A DNA stretch of 62,772 nucleotides, the filler included, from Candidatus Tectimicrobiota bacterium (GTDB lineage: Bacteria; JACPSX01): NCBI GenBank assembly GCA_016193065.1. It is 9 parts of 9 records of this genome, joined end to end, with 100 filler letters (N's around TTAATTAATTAA, not from the genome) between each part and the next. Parts side by side here need not be neighbours in the genome. Positions count along the whole stretch, not along the records: positions 18,829 to 30,282 come from JACPSX010000288.1; positions 30,383 to 36,737 come from JACPSX010000012.1; 7 more parts are not named here. One strand, 5' to 3'. The notes under the pieces were generated by a model that searched no databases, had not been told where the DNA came from, and saw only the letters and a list, made by a program, of their open reading frames with translations. A program made the position numbers and the translations under genes. This document shows positions 22,609-33,415 of this stretch, piece after piece (position 1 is the first letter of the stretch; every line of letters starts with the position of its first letter).

Positions 22609-25600
22609 TTATTCTTCCTTATGACCATTCTCAATGAGCTCCACGTCCAGCGCCAAGCTCTGCATCTCCTTGATCAACACATTGAAGGACTCGGGCAGGC
22701 TCGGCTCCAGGGTATTTTCCCCCTTCACGATGGCCTCGTACATGCGGGTGCGGCCCTGCACGTCATCGGATTTTACGGTAAGCATCTCCTGCAGGGTGCG
22801 GGCGGCCCCGTAGGCTTCCAGAGCCCAAACCTCCATCTCTCCCAGACGCTGGCCCCCGAACTGGGCCTTGCCGCCCAGGGGCTGCTGGGTCACCAGAGAA
22901 TAGGGGCCTGTGGAGCGGGCGTGAATCTTGTCGTCGACCAGGTGGTGAAGCTTCATCATGTAGATCTGGCCCACCACCACCTTTTGATCGAAGGGGATCC
23001 CCGTCTTGCCGTCGTAGAGCACCGTTTCCCCGCTTTCGGGCAAACCGGCCCGCTGCAGGAGTTCACGGATCTGAAACTCTTTGGCGCCGTCGAAGACCGG
23101 GGTCGCATAATACTCCTCGAGCTTCCTGGCTGCCCACCCGAGACTGGTCTCCAGGATCTGGCCCACGTTCATACGGGAGGGGACCCCCAGGGGATTCAAG
23201 ATGAGCTCGATGGGCATCCCATCCTCCATGAAAGGCATGTCTTCCTCGGGAACGATGATGGAGACCACCCCCTTGTTGCCGTGGCGGCCCGCCATCTTAT
23301 CCCCCACCGAAAGCTTGCGCTTCATGGCAATGTAGACCTTGACCATCTTGATGACCCCGGGAGGAAGCTCGTCCCCCTTGCGCAGTCTGGCGATCTTCTC
23401 CGCCATGAGGGTCTCCAGGGCGTGAATCTGATCCTTGGCCCCCTCTTCAACCTCCTGGACGCTGTCGCGAACCGACTCGGAGTCGATCAGGGAGGCGATG
23501 ACACTCAGATCCTTGCCCCCGAACTTCTCCACCATGCTCAAGGTGATTTTCTTTTTCTTGGGGATCAGAACCTCCGAGTTCTTCTTGCGCTGGAAATCTT
23601 CACGGAGCGTGCGCCCTTCCAGGAGGTTGCGAATCCGTTTGTCGCGCTCCTCCTCCACGATGCGGATCTCGTCGTCGAAGTCCTTCTTGACGCGAGCGAT
23701 CTCTTCCTCCTCGATGGATTGAGTCCGCAGGTCCTTGTCAACCCCCTTGCGGGAGAAAACTTTCACGTCGATCACGGTGCCCTCAATGCCGGGCGGCACC
23801 GTGAGGGAGGTGTCCTTCACGTCCCCTGCTTTGTCTCCGAAAATGGCCTTGAGGAGCTTCTCCTCGGGGCTGAGCTGGGTCTCCCCTTTGGGGGTCACCT
23901 TGCCCACCAGAATATCCCCCGGGCGAACCTTGGCGCCCATGCGGATGATGCCGCTTTCATCCAGGTTCTTCAGGGCCTCCTCGCCCACGTTGGGAATATC
24001 CCGGGTGATCTCCTCTTTGCCCTGCTTGGTATCCCTGGCCTCAACCTCGAACTCCTCGATATGGATCGAAGTGAAGATGTCCTCCTTGACCACCTTCTCG
24101 CTGATGACAATGGCGTCTTCGTAGTTGTATCCACCCCAGGGCATGAAGGCCACCAGGATGTTCCTGCCCAAAGCGAGCTCCCCTTTATCCGTTGCCGGAC
24201 CGTCCGCAATCACATCCCCCGCTTCCACCCAATTCCCCTCCCGGACGATGGGCTTCTGGTTGATGCTCGTGTTCTGGTTCGAGCGCTGGTACTTGGTCAG
24301 CGTGTAAATGTCGACCCGGGGTTCCGTGCCGGACCCGCTACCTCCCGAAGTGGCCCTGACCACAACCCGAGTGGCGTCCACGCTCACCACTTCTCCGGGT
24401 GCTTTGGCAAGCACAACCGCCCCCGAGTTGCAGGCCGTGATGTACTCCATCCCGGTTCCCACCAGGGGCGCCTCGGTGCGCAGCAAAGGCACGGCCTGCC
24501 GCTGCATGTTGGAACCCATGAGGGCCCGGTTGGCGTCGTCGTTCTCCAGGAACGGAATCAGGGAGGCGGCCACGCTCACCAGCTGCTTGGGGGAAACGTC
24601 CATGTAGTCCACCTTGTCCGGAGGAACCATGACGAACTCCCCGCCCTTGCGGGCCGAGATCAAATCTTGGGCCAAATAGCCCTTCTCATCGAGCTCCGCG
24701 TTGGCCTGGGCAATAATGTATTTGTCCTCCTCGATGGCCGAGAGGAAATCCACTTCGTCGGTCACCTTGCCTTTTTGGACCTGGCGGTAGGGAACCTCGA
24801 TGAAGCCAAACTCATTGACCCGGGCATAGGTGCTCAGGGAAGCAATGAGCCCGATGTTGGGGCCTTCCGGGGTCTCGATGGGACAGATGCGACCGTAGTG
24901 GGTTGGGTGCACATCCCGGACTTCAAACCCCGCCCGCTCGCGGGTCAACCCCCCGGGTCCCAGAGCGCTCAGGCGGCGCTTGTGGGTGATTTCGGAGAGG
25001 GGATTCGTCTGGTCCATAAACTGGGAGAGCTGGCTGGAACCGAAGAACTCCTTGATGGCCGCCGAAACGGGCTTGGAGTTGATCAGATCATGGGGCATGG
25101 CTCCTTCCAGATCCTGGATGCTCATGCGCTCCCGGATGGCCCTCTCCATGCGAACCAACCCGATCCGGAACTGGTTTTCGAGAAGCTCTCCCACCGAGCG
25201 CACCCGGCGGTTGCCCAGATGGTCGATATCGTCCACAAGTCCGATCCCATGCCGCAGACCCAGAAGGTATTTGACCACCGCCACCACGTCCTGCGCGGTG
25301 AGCTTCCTCTGGTCCAGGGGGAGGTCGAGCCCCAGCTTGGTGTTGAGCTTGAGGCGGCCAATCCGGGAGAGATCGTAACGCTTGGGATTGAAAAACAGGT
25401 TCTCGAACAGGTTCCTGGCCGTATCGAGGGTCGGAGGATCACCGGGTCGCAGGCGCTTGTAGATGTCGATCAAGGCTTCCTCGGGAGTCTCCACCCGGTC
25501 GACCGCCATGGTATCCCGCAGAGCCGTATCGTACTGGTAGTTGTCGATGAAGAGGATGTGGAATTCCTTGATCTTTTTTCCCTTGATGATCTCCACCTTC

Positions 25601-26682
25601 TCCGGAGTGAGCTGCTCGTTGATCTCCAGCAGGACTTCTCCCGTGTTCAGATCCACTACGTCCCGGGCGATGAACTGCCCGACCAGGTCTTCCTCCAAGA
25701 TCGGGATCGAGTCCACTTTGAGCTGCTGGAGCCGCTTGAGGGCCCCCCGGGAGATCCGGCGTCCGGCCTTCACCAGCACCTCTCCGGTCTCCGAATCCAC
25801 CAAATCATCCCGGACCCGCTGGCGCAGCAGGAGATCGGAGACTTTCTTGACAAACGCGCCCTTGGTGGGCTGGTAGGACATCCTCTCCTTTTCATAGAAG
25901 GCGTCCAGCAGGTCCTCGGTGTTAAGACCGAAAGCCCGCAGGAGGATGGTGGCGGGGATTTTCCGGCGCCGGTCGATCCGCACATAGATGATTTCCTTGG
26001 CGTCCAGCTCAAAATCGATCCAGGAACCCCGGTAGGGAATGATGCGGGCCATGTACATCCCCCGGCCGCTGGCGTGACTCTTCCCCTTTTCGTGGCTGAA
26101 GAAGGCCCCCGGGGAGCGGTGCAGCTGGCTCACGATGACCCGCTCGGTACCGTTGATGATAAATGTTCCCTTCTCGGTCATCAGGGGGATCTCGCCCAGG
26201 TAGACCTTCTGCTCCTTGATGTCCTTAACGCGCAGCTCTCCCGTGGCGCTATCCTTCTCCCCCAGCACCATGCGCACCAACACCCTCAGGGGGTCCGCGT
26301 AGGTCATCCCCCGCTGGCGGCACTCATCCACATCGTATTTGCTGCGGTAGAGAACCTCCTGGTGGCATTTCTCGCAGACCACGCCCGGTGCACCCAACCC
26401 CCGGTACTCACCGCAGTCGCACTCCCAGGCGCCGATCTCGTAGCCCACGTACTCGAGAAACGAAGTCTCGTTGAAATCGCTGATGGGAAAAACGCTGCGG
26501 AAAACCCCCTCCAGCCCCTTGTCCTCCCGCTGCAGAGGATTGCGATCATACTGGAGAAACCACTCATAGGAGCGCAACTGGATGTCAATCAGGTTGGGGA
26601 TCTCGATGATCTTGGGGATGCGAGCGAAGTCGATCCGCTCTCTGTACTTGCTGCCCTGAGAGGTTGGCTTGGCCTCAAACAT
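22609..26682 (-). CDS. rpoB: RNA polymerase beta subunit
   Basis: [23 protein letters not shown] and GGQRLGEME motifs. Confidence 0.99.
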   Translation of the reverse strand: MFEAKPTSQGSKYRERIDFARIPKIIEIPNLIDIQLRSYEWFLQYDRNPLQREDKGLEGVFRSVFPISDFNETSFLEYVGYEIGAWECDCGEYRGLGAPGVVCEKCHQEVLYRSKYDVDECRQRGMTYADPLRVLVRMVLGEKDSATGELRVKDIKEQKVYLGEIPLMTEKGTFIINGTERVIVSQLHRSPGAFFSHEKGKSHASGRGMYMARIIPYRGSWIDFELDAKEIIYVRIDRRRKIPATILLRAFGLNTEDLLDAFYEKERMSYQPTKGAFVKKVSDLLLRQRVRDDLVDSETGEVLVKAGRRISRGALKRLQQLKVDSIPILEEDLVGQFIARDVVDLNTGEVLLEINEQLTPEKVEIIKGKKIKEFHILFIDNYQYDTALRDTMAVDRVETPEEALIDIYKRLRPGDPPTLDTARNLFENLFFNPKRYDLSRIGRLKLNTKLGLDLPLDQRKLTAQDVVAVVKYLLGLRHGIGLVDDIDHLGNRRVRSVGELLENQFRIGLVRMERAIRERMSIQDLEGAMPHDLINSKPVSAAIKEFFGSSQLSQFMDQTNPLSEITHKRRLSALGPGGLTRERAGFEVRDVHPTHYGRICPIETPEGPNIGLIASLSTYARVNEFGFIEVPYRQVQKGKVTDEVDFLSAIEEDKYIIAQANAELDEKGYLAQDLISARKGGEFVMVPPDKVDYMDVSPKQLVSVAASLIPFLENDDANRALMGSNMQRQAVPLLRTEAPLVGTGMEYITACNSGAVVLAKAPGEVVSVDATRVVVRATSGGSGSGTEPRVDIYTLTKYQRSNQNTSINQKPIVREGNWVEAGDVIADGPATDKGELALGRNILVAFMPWGGYNYEDAIVISEKVVKEDIFTSIHIEEFEVEARDTKQGKEEITRDIPNVGEEALKNLDESGIIRMGAKVRPGDILVGKVTPKGETQLSPEEKLLKAIFGDKAGDVKDTSLTVPPGIEGTVIDVKVFSRKGVDKDLRTQSIEEEEIARVKKDFDDEIRIVEEERDKRIRNLLEGRTLREDFQRKKNSEVLIPKKKKITLSMVEKFGGKDLSVIASLIDSESVRDSVQEVEEGAKDQIHALETLMAEKIARLRKGDELPPGVIKMVKVYIAMKRKLSVGDKMAGRHGNKGVVSIIVPEEDMPFMEDGMPIELILNPLGVPSRMNVGQILETSLGWAARKLEEYYATPVFDGAKEFQIRELLQRAGLPESGETVLYDGKTGIPFDQKVVVGQIYMMKLHHLVDDKIHARSTGPYSLVTQQPLGGKAQFGGQRLGEMEVWALEAYGAARTLQEMLTVKSDDVQGRTRMYEAIVKGENTLEPSLPESFNVLIKEMQSLALDVELIENGHKEE

Positions 26683-26740
26683 TCTCTTACTTCCTTATCA
26701 GTCTGGCACTGGGTGAAACGCCAGGTCAGAACGGCCCGAG

Positions 26741-27121
26741 TTACTTTATCTCCACCGTGGCCCCCACTGCCTCTAACTGCTGCTTGATCTTTTCAGCCTC
26801 CTCTTTGCTGACCCCTTCTTTGACGGTCTTGGGAGCACCGTCCACGAGATCTTTGGCCTCTTTCAGCCCCAGACTCGTCAAGGCTCGAACCTCCTTGATC
26901 ACCTGAATCTTCTTTTCTCCAACCGCGGACAGGACCACCGCAAACTCGGTCTTTTCTTCCTCCTGCGCTGCGGCCGCCGCCGGCGCCGCCGCGGCCACGG
27001 CAACAGGGGCCGCAGCGGTCACGCCAAAACGATCTTCGAGCTTCTTGACGAACTCCGAGAGTTCGAGGACCGTCATGTTTTCGATGTAGTGCATGACATC
27101 ATCTTGGGTGATGGTGGACAT
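26741..27121 (-). CDS. rplL: 50S ribosomal protein L7/L12
   Basis: [15 protein letters not shown] and [11 protein letters not shown]. Confidence 0.98.
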   Translation of the reverse strand: MSTITQDDVMHYIENMTVLELSEFVKKLEDRFGVTAAAPVAVAAAAPAAAAAQEEEKTEFAVVLSAVGEKKIQVIKEVRALTSLGLKEAKDLVDGAPKTVKEGVSKEEAEKIKQQLEAVGATVEIK

Positions 27122-27147
27122 TCCCTTCTTCCTCCCTTGACTCAGCT

Positions 27148-27672
27148 CTAGGTGCTCTTCTTCGCCTTAATGGCATCCAACGTATACAGAAACTTGCGCA
27201 CGACCCCCGCCAGAGCGCCGACCAAGCCGCTGGCCGGCGCTTGAAAACTGGCCAGAGCCCGGGCCAGGAGAACCTCCCGAGGCGGCAACTCCGCAACCGC
27301 TTTGACCTGGGTGGCTTCCAGGACTCTGCCCTCCATGGCCCCGCCCGTGACCACCAACAGGGGTTCCCGGCGCTGGAATTCCGAGATGACTTTGGCCGTG
27401 GCCACCGGGTTCTTATAACTAAATATGACCGAGGTGGGGCCGCTCAAGCGGGCGGAAACCCCCTGGAACGGAGTGCCCTGCACGGCCCGGCGGGCCAGAG
27501 TGTTCTTTACCACGGCCATCTCGGAGCCCACTTGGCGCAAGGCCTGGCGCAATTCGGTGATCTGCTGCACATTCATCCCCCGAAAACTCGCCAGGTAGGC
27601 AGCCTCAGCCCGGGCAAACTTTTCGCTGAGCTCCTCAACTTTTCTTACCTTCGCTGGATTGAGCACGACCAC
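27148..27672 (-). CDS. rplJ: 50S ribosomal protein L10
   Basis: [10 protein letters not shown] motif; position in operon. Confidence 0.97.
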   Translation of the reverse strand: MVVLNPAKVRKVEELSEKFARAEAAYLASFRGMNVQQITELRQALRQVGSEMAVVKNTLARRAVQGTPFQGVSARLSGPTSVIFSYKNPVATAKVISEFQRREPLLVVTGGAMEGRVLEATQVKAVAELPPREVLLARALASFQAPASGLVGALAGVVRKFLYTLDAIKAKKST

Positions 27673-27700
27673 ACTCCTTACACAGGAAACGAATGGAAAA

Positions 27701-28408
27701 CTACCCCTTCAGAGCGGCGGCGAGCTGGGATTGATCAATCCGAATTCCGGGTCCCATGGTCGAGGACACGGTGATTCTCTTCAGGTACTGGCCTTTGCTC
27801 GAAGCCGGCTTGAGTCTGACCAGCACGTCGAAGAAGGCCTTGGCATTCTCTACCAGATCCTGAGCGCTGAAGCCCACCTTCCCTAAGGGAGCGTGGACGA
27901 TGCCCGCCTTGTCGACGCGAAATTCCACCTTGCCTGCCTTAATTTCTTTCACCGCGCGGGCCACATCGAAGGTGACCGTTCCCGCCTTCGGGTTGGGCAT
28001 GAGGCCTCTGGGGCCCAGAACCTTTCCGAGCTTGCCCACGGCCCCCATGATGTCGGGAGTCGCCACCGTCCGGTCAAACTCCAGCCACCCTCCCTGGACT
28101 TTCTCCACGTACTCCTCAGCCCCGACGTAGTCCGCTCCTGCCTCCAGGGCCTCTTTCACCTTTTCCCCTTTGGCAAACACGAGCACCTTGACCGTCTTGC
28201 CGATCCCCTTCGGGTAAACCACACTGCCCCTCACCATCTGGTCCGCATGGCGGGGATCCACGCCAAGGTTAACCGCCACGACAACCGACTCATCGAACTT
28301 GGCGTGGGGACCCTTCTTGATCAACTCGACGGCTTCCTCCAGACCGTAAAGACGGGTGCGATCCACCGAATTCCGGAACGCCTCGTATCTCTTTCCGTGC
28401 GCTCTCAT
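27701..28408 (-). CDS. rplA: 50S ribosomal protein L1
   Basis: [16 protein letters not shown] and SSTMGPG. Confidence 0.98.
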   Translation of the reverse strand: MRAHGKRYEAFRNSVDRTRLYGLEEAVELIKKGPHAKFDESVVVAVNLGVDPRHADQMVRGSVVYPKGIGKTVKVLVFAKGEKVKEALEAGADYVGAEEYVEKVQGGWLEFDRTVATPDIMGAVGKLGKVLGPRGLMPNPKAGTVTFDVARAVKEIKAGKVEFRVDKAGIVHAPLGKVGFSAQDLVENAKAFFDVLVRLKPASSKGQYLKRITVSSTMGPGIRIDQSQLAAALKG

Positions 28409-28417
28409 CCTAACCTC

Positions 28418-28526
28418 CTAGTACCGTTCCAACTATTCCTAAGCCACGCTTCCGGTCCGCGTGGTCCATGTTTGTGCTGCCAGGCAGGTCGCTCCAATTG
28501 GGTGGATCAAGTTGGAACGGCACTAG
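28418..28526. mobile_element. MITE-like element between rplK and rplA
   Basis: 17-bp TIRs CTAGTACCGTTCCAACT / AGTTGGAACGGCACTAG (1 mismatch); CTAG at both ends; the rplK stop lies inside the TIR. Confidence 0.65.
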
Positions 28527-28948
28527 ACAACCACCTCGATCCCCATGCTGCGGGCAGTCCCCATGATGATCTTTACGGCCGCATCCATGTCCGCGGCATT
28601 CAGATCCTTCCGTTTGATCTCGGCGATCTCGCGCACCTGAGCCGCGGTCACCCGGCCGACTTTGTTCCGGTTGGGCTCCCCCGATCCCTTGACAATTCCG
28701 GCGGCCTTTTTTAACAAAACGGAGGCCGGAGGCGACTTGGTGACAAAAGTAAAAGAGCGATCCGAATAGACGGTAATGAGGACCGGAATGATCGTCCCTA
28801 CCTGATTCTGAGTCTGGGCATTGAAGGCCTTGCAAAACTCCATGATGTTGACACCGTGCTGCCCCAGGGCGGGGCCAACGGGTGGAGAGGGGTTCGCCTG
28901 TCCCGCCTGCACCTGCAACTTGACGATTGCCGTAATCTCTTTTGCCAT
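28523..28948 (-). CDS. rplK: 50S ribosomal protein L11
   Basis: [26 protein letters not shown]. Confidence 0.98.
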   Translation of the reverse strand: MAKEITAIVKLQVQAGQANPSPPVGPALGQHGVNIMEFCKAFNAQTQNQVGTIIPVLITVYSDRSFTFVTKSPPASVLLKKAAGIVKGSGEPNRNKVGRVTAAQVREIAEIKRKDLNAADMDAAVKIIMGTARSMGIEVVV

Positions 28949-28958
28949 TGTCCAACCC

Positions 28959-29489
28959 TCAGATTTTCTCGACCTGCAAGAATTCCAGTTCCACGGGGGT
29001 GGCGCGCCCGAAAATGCTCACCATCACCTTGAGCTTGCCGCGCTCGGGATTCACCTCATCGATCACTCCGCTGAAGTTGGTAAAAGGCCCGTCGATCACC
29101 CGCACGTTCTCGCTCTTCTCAAACATGACCTTAGGCTTGGGCTTGGCTTTTTCACCGCGGGCCTGTTTGAGCAGATCCTCCACCTCCCCCTCGGAGAGCG
29201 GGCTGGGAACATTCCCCCCTCCCAAAAAGCCGGTGACCTTGGGTGTATTCTTGATCAGGTACCAGGTGTCATGGTCCATTTCCATCTCAACGAGGACGTA
29301 GCCCGGGAAGAACTTCCGAGCTGAAATCCGCTTCTTGCCGCCGCGGATCTCCACCACATCTTCCGTAGGAACCATGATCTGGGTGACCTTTTCAGCCAGC
29401 CCGGTAGAGCCCAGCCGCTCCTCGATGCTGGACTTTACCTTTGATTCAAACCCGGAATAGGTGTGGATCACATACCACTGCTTGGCCAT
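28959..29489 (-). CDS. nusG: Transcription factor NusG
   Basis: [19 protein letters not shown] and KOW motif. Confidence 0.98.
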   Translation of the reverse strand: MAKQWYVIHTYSGFESKVKSSIEERLGSTGLAEKVTQIMVPTEDVVEIRGGKKRISARKFFPGYVLVEMEMDHDTWYLIKNTPKVTGFLGGGNVPSPLSEGEVEDLLKQARGEKAKPKPKVMFEKSENVRVIDGPFTNFSGVIDEVNPERGKLKVMVSIFGRATPVELEFLQVEKI

Positions 29490-29500
29490 TCCCGCCTACC

Positions 29501-29695
29501 TCAGCGAATTAACGTGGCCACAAAGCGGGCCAATCCCAGATCCACAACCCCCAGGAAGATGGCCACGACGATGGAAACCAGCAACACCATGGCCGTGGAG
29601 GCCATGGTCTGCTCCCGGGTGGGCCAGGAGACTTTCTTGAGTTCCAGGCGGGACTCCCGAAGAAATTGCGCAAGCTGATCGATCTTTTCCTTCAT
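29501..29695 (-). CDS. secE: Preprotein translocase SecE
   Basis: ELKKVSWPT followed by one TM helix. Confidence 0.95.
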   Translation of the reverse strand: MKEKIDQLAQFLRESRLELKKVSWPTREQTMASTAMVLLVSIVVAIFLGVVDLGLARFVATLIR

Positions 29696-29741
29696 GTTCA
29701 CCAGTCGTGCGCTTCCCCCCTGCCAACCCATCCCGAATCGT

Positions 29742-29818
29742 TGGCAGGCCAGGAGGGATTCGAACCCCCAACACCCGGATTTGGAGTCCGGTGCTCTAAC
29801 CGTTAGAGCTACTGGCCT
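29742..29818 (-). tRNA. tRNA-Trp (CCA)
   Basis: AGGCCAG acceptor stem, CCGGA-CTCCAAA-TCCGG anticodon arm, GGTTCGAATCC T arm, encoded CCA end. Confidence 0.97.
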
Positions 29819-29936
29819 GCTTCCGGATCTTGTCTCCCCAAACCCTCAAAGATCCCCCCGCCCCGCGATTTTTAGAAAGTCTCTCGCAAGCGTGCTTTGT
29901 CCCGTCGGAGACAATCTTCGACTCGGTGGAAAATCC

Positions 29937-30086
29937 CTATTTAGTCTCCCGGTGCGGGGTATGTTTCCGGCAGAAGCGGCAATATTTCTTGAACTCCAAG
30001 CGGTCGGGGGTGCTCTTCTTGTTTTTCGTCGTCGAGTAGTTGCGGCGCTTACATTCGGTACACGCCAGCGTCACGATCTCCCTCAT
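29937..30086 (-). CDS. rpmG: 50S ribosomal protein L33 (Zn-binding form, 49 aa; not in ORF track)
   Basis: [49 protein letters not shown]. Confidence 0.97.
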   Translation of the reverse strand: MREIVTLACTECKRRNYSTTKNKKSTPDRLEFKKYCRFCRKHTPHRETK

Positions 30087-30113
30087 GACCAGCCCTCTCC
30101 TCCCCGCGCCGGA

Positions 30114-30282
30114 TTACTCTATGACTTCGCTGACGACGCCAGCGCCCACGGTCCGTCCCCCTTCCCGGATCGCAAAGCGCAATTCCTTCTCCATCGCAAT
30201 GGGCGTGATCAGCTCCACCTGAAAGGACACATTGTCCCCCGGCATCACCATCTCCACCCCCTCGGGCAGCGTCACCACCCCC
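30114..30282 (-). CDS. tuf: Elongation factor Tu (C-terminal fragment at contig end)
   Basis: [13 protein letters not shown]...[16 protein letters not shown]. Confidence 0.97.
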
Positions 30283-30382
30283 NNNNNNNNNNNNNNNNNN
30301 NNNNNNNNNNNNNNNNNNNNNNNNNNTTAATTAATTAANNNNNNNNNNNNNNNNNNNNNNNNNNNNNNNNNNNNNNNNNNNN
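30283..30382. other. Artificial contig spacer
   Basis: N run with TTAATTAATTAA. Confidence 0.98.
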
Positions 30383-30395
30383 AAATTGGGTGATG

Positions 30396-30720
30396 CAGGG
30401 TCGCGATTTATCGCGCCCTAGTTTGTCTGTAGATCCTCGTCGGGCGCAATGAATTGCGCCCCTACATAGGGCTCGCTAACCAGCGGTCAAATTCATCCTC
30501 GCCTTTCCGGCGAGGGTTCTCCCGGTCGAGTTCCCAGCGCAGCGGATTGGTGGCAATATATTGCCGGATGCGGTTTAGGGATTCATCGTTGCGAATGATA
30601 TGCTCGAAGTAGTTGCGCTGCCACTCGACTTTCCCCAATGTAGGGGCGCGATTTATCGCGCCTGGGTTTGTTCTGACTGCCGGCAGATCATCGCCGGGCG
30701 CAATAAATTGCGCCCCTACC
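30396..30720. repeat. Four GTAG-type REP palindromes (30396-30420, 30442-30466, 30639-30663, 30696-30720)
   Basis: GTAGGGGCGCGATTTATCGCGCC and GGGCGCAATAAATTGCGCCCCTAC arranged as two inverted pairs. Confidence 0.88.
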
Positions 30721-30949
30721 AGGACGATAATGCCATGGATATGGTTGGAAGTCTCTCTGGTAGCCCGTCCCAGACCGTCTGTACCACCCGCCCCGCATCG
30801 TTCAACACCATTTTCTCGTCTTCCACCTTTGCAAGTAAATTTTCCCGATTCCGGGCGCAGATCGTCACGAAATAGGCACCGGTCTGGGAGTAATCATACC
30901 CTCGTAGGCGAAGCCAACGGCGATGGTGAATGGACCGGCAGGATGGCAT
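30462..30949 (-). pseudogene. Decayed REP-associated tyrosine transposase (RAYT/Y1)
   Basis: RLRGYDYSQTGAYFVTIC N-terminus; NHIHGII (HUH) in a shifted frame; WQRNYFEHIIRN...YIATNP C-terminus; internal segments missing. Confidence 0.88.
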
Positions 30950-31152
30950 AAATGGATATCCTAAGACGAGTTCATGATTTACCCCTATGGCTTCCCGATA
31001 TTATCAAAAACCACGCCGTAAGGCGAATCCCTGGGGCACTCAGTTCTTGACACGAGGCCCCAAGCCGAGTAAACTTTTGCCGATTTAATCGTACAGTAAT
31101 TCCTTGACAATATTGGCTTTGTAAAAAGCCAAGAGGGGGAAGGCGTGGGGAG

Positions 31153-31912
31153 ATGAAGGGCGTGATTCTTGCGGGGGGGCTGGGCAGCCGGCTGTCCCCG
31201 CTCACCAAAATCACGAACAAACATTTGCTACCGGTTTACGATAAGCCGATGGTCTTTTACCCTCTGCAGTGCCTGGTGAACGCGGGGATCACCGACATCA
31301 TGATCGTTACTGGAGGCAACAATGCCGGAGACTTCTTGAAGCTTCTGGGCAACGGCAAGGACTTTGGCCTCAAACATCTCCACTATGCCTATCAGGAAGG
31401 GGAGGAGGGGATTGCTGCAGCCTTGAGCCTGGCAGAGCATTTTGCCGACAACGAGAAAATCTGTGTGGTGCTGGGCGACAACATTATCGAGGGGAACATC
31501 CGGAGCGCTGTTGAGGAGTTCCAGAAGCGGGAGTCGGGGGCAAAAATCCTCCTCAAGGAGGTGGAAGACTCGGAGCGGTTCGGGGTGCCCGTCTTTAACG
31601 GGGACAAGATTGTGCGGATTGAGGAGAAGCCGGCAGAACCGGGTTCAGATCGAGGAGAAGCCGGCAAAGCCCGGCTCACGCTACGCCGTCACGGGCATTT
31701 ACATGTACGACCACAGGGTCTTTGACATCGTCCGGAAGCTTGTCCCTTCCCGTCGCGGCGAACTGGAGATTACCGACGTGAACAACGATTACATTGCCCG
31801 GGGAGATATGTCCTGGGGCGTTCTGGAGGGGTGGTGGACGGACGCGGGGACCTTCCCGTCGCTCTTGAGGGCGAGCAATCTGGTGGCCACGACCGGGGCC
31901 AACAAGCTGTGA
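31153..31912 (+). pseudogene. rmlA: Glucose-1-phosphate thymidylyltransferase, frameshifted by a 31-bp imperfect duplication
   Basis: GVILAGGLGSRL and KHLLPVYDKPM in one frame; YAVTGIYMY, SRRGELEITD and WTDAGT in another; duplication at 31617-31678. Confidence 0.8.
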
Positions 31913-32076
31913 GGAGCCGGCATGGATAAGCCTGCTGTTATACGAACGTGTGACCTGGTCATTGAAGTCGGTCTCCTGATCTTTCTCTGCCGAGAGTTCG
32001 TGTAGTTATTCCAGGGCCAGGATCAGCCACTCGACAGCCGGCTTCCTTGCATCCGCAAAGGTACAGGGGTGATAGG

Positions 32077-32262
32077 GTGAAGCTTATTGATGGGGACAAA
32101 GTGAAGCAGCTCCAGGTCATTCCCGACGAACGGGGTCGCCTCATGGAAATCCTGCGCTGCGACGACGAGAATTTTGTCAAGTTTGGTCAGGTCTACATGA
32201 CGACGGTTTTTCCCGGGGTCGTCAAGGGCTGGCATGACCATTTTTACCCCCTCTCTCCTTGA
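32077..32262 (+). pseudogene. rmlC: Truncated dTDP-4-dehydrorhamnose 3,5-epimerase-like gene
   Basis: DERGRLMEILR and PGVVKGWH, then a premature end at about 60 aa. Confidence 0.75.
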
Positions 32263-32387
32263 GAGCCGCTCTGAACCCAATGCCCCTTGTCGGTGTTTCC
32301 CGGTCCCTTCCTACCTGGAAGGGAAGGTCAGAATGAGGGTCTCTAAGGAATGCGCACGCGGCACAGATAGGATGAGGTGAGGCCGAT

Positions 32388-33398
32388 ATGAAAGTTCTGG
32401 TCACCGGTGGAGCCGGGTTTATCGGCAGCAATTTTATCCGCTTCCTGGTGCGCAACCATCCGGACTGCGATGTGATCAACCTGGACAAGCTCACCTACGC
32501 AGGAAACCTGGAGAATCTCTCCGACCTGGAGACCGTAGCGCAGTACCGCTTTGTCAAGGGGGATATTGCGGACAAGAAACTGGTGGGACGCGTTTTCCAG
32601 GAAGCCCCGGATGCAGTGGTTAACTTCGCTGCCGAATCCCACGTCGATCGCAGCATTCTCAAAGCAGACCAATTCGTGAAAACCAATGTGCTTGGCATTC
32701 AGGTTCTTCTGGAATGTGCCCGTACGGCAGGAACTCAACGCTTTATTCAAGTGTCCACCGACGAGGTTTACGGGAGCGCAGCTTCAGGAGAGACCTTTTC
32801 CGAGGAGTCTTCCATGCATCCCAACAGCCCCTACGCAGCCAGCAAAGCCGCAGCCGACCTGCTGGCACGCGCTTACTATCACACCTATGGATTCCCTGTG
32901 ATCATCACCCGCTGCACGAACAATTATGGTCCCTACCAATTTCCCGAAAAGCTCCTGCCGCTGATGATCACCAACGCTCTGGCGGATCAACCGTTGCCGG
33001 TTTACGGTGACGGGTACAACGTTCGGGACTGGATTCACGTGGAAGACCATTGCGCGGCTCTCGATCGGGTGCTCCATCAGGGACGACTTGGGGAAATCTA
33101 CAACATCGGATCTCACTGTGAGAAAACCAACCTGGAAATGGTGAAAGAGCTGTTGGGGATTCTCAATAAACCGCAGTCCCTGGTCCGCTTCGTGAAGGAC
33201 CGACCGGGTCATGACAGACGTTATGCGCTGAATGTCAGCAAGATTCAGCGGGAACTGGGCTGGCGGCATCAGATCTCCTTAGGGGATGGACTGCGGCAGA
33301 CTGTCGCGTGGTACTCCTGCCATCGAGAATGGTGGGAGCGGGTCAAGCGCGGGGAGTACCGAAAATACTACAAGAAAGTATATGGCAGGATCTCGTGA
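32388..33398 (+). CDS. rmlB: dTDP-glucose 4,6-dehydratase
   Basis: TGGAGFIGSNF, DKLTYAGN, AAESHVDRSI, STDEVYG and DRPGHDRRY. Confidence 0.96.
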   Translation: MKVLVTGGAGFIGSNFIRFLVRNHPDCDVINLDKLTYAGNLENLSDLETVAQYRFVKGDIADKKLVGRVFQEAPDAVVNFAAESHVDRSILKADQFVKTNVLGIQVLLECARTAGTQRFIQVSTDEVYGSAASGETFSEESSMHPNSPYAASKAAADLLARAYYHTYGFPVIITRCTNNYGPYQFPEKLLPLMITNALADQPLPVYGDGYNVRDWIHVEDHCAALDRVLHQGRLGEIYNIGSHCEKTNLEMVKELLGILNKPQSLVRFVKDRPGHDRRYALNVSKIQRELGWRHQISLGDGLRQTVAWYSCHREWWERVKRGEYRKYYKKVYGRIS

Positions 33399-33415
33399 CT
33401 TCGCGAGGAACATGG

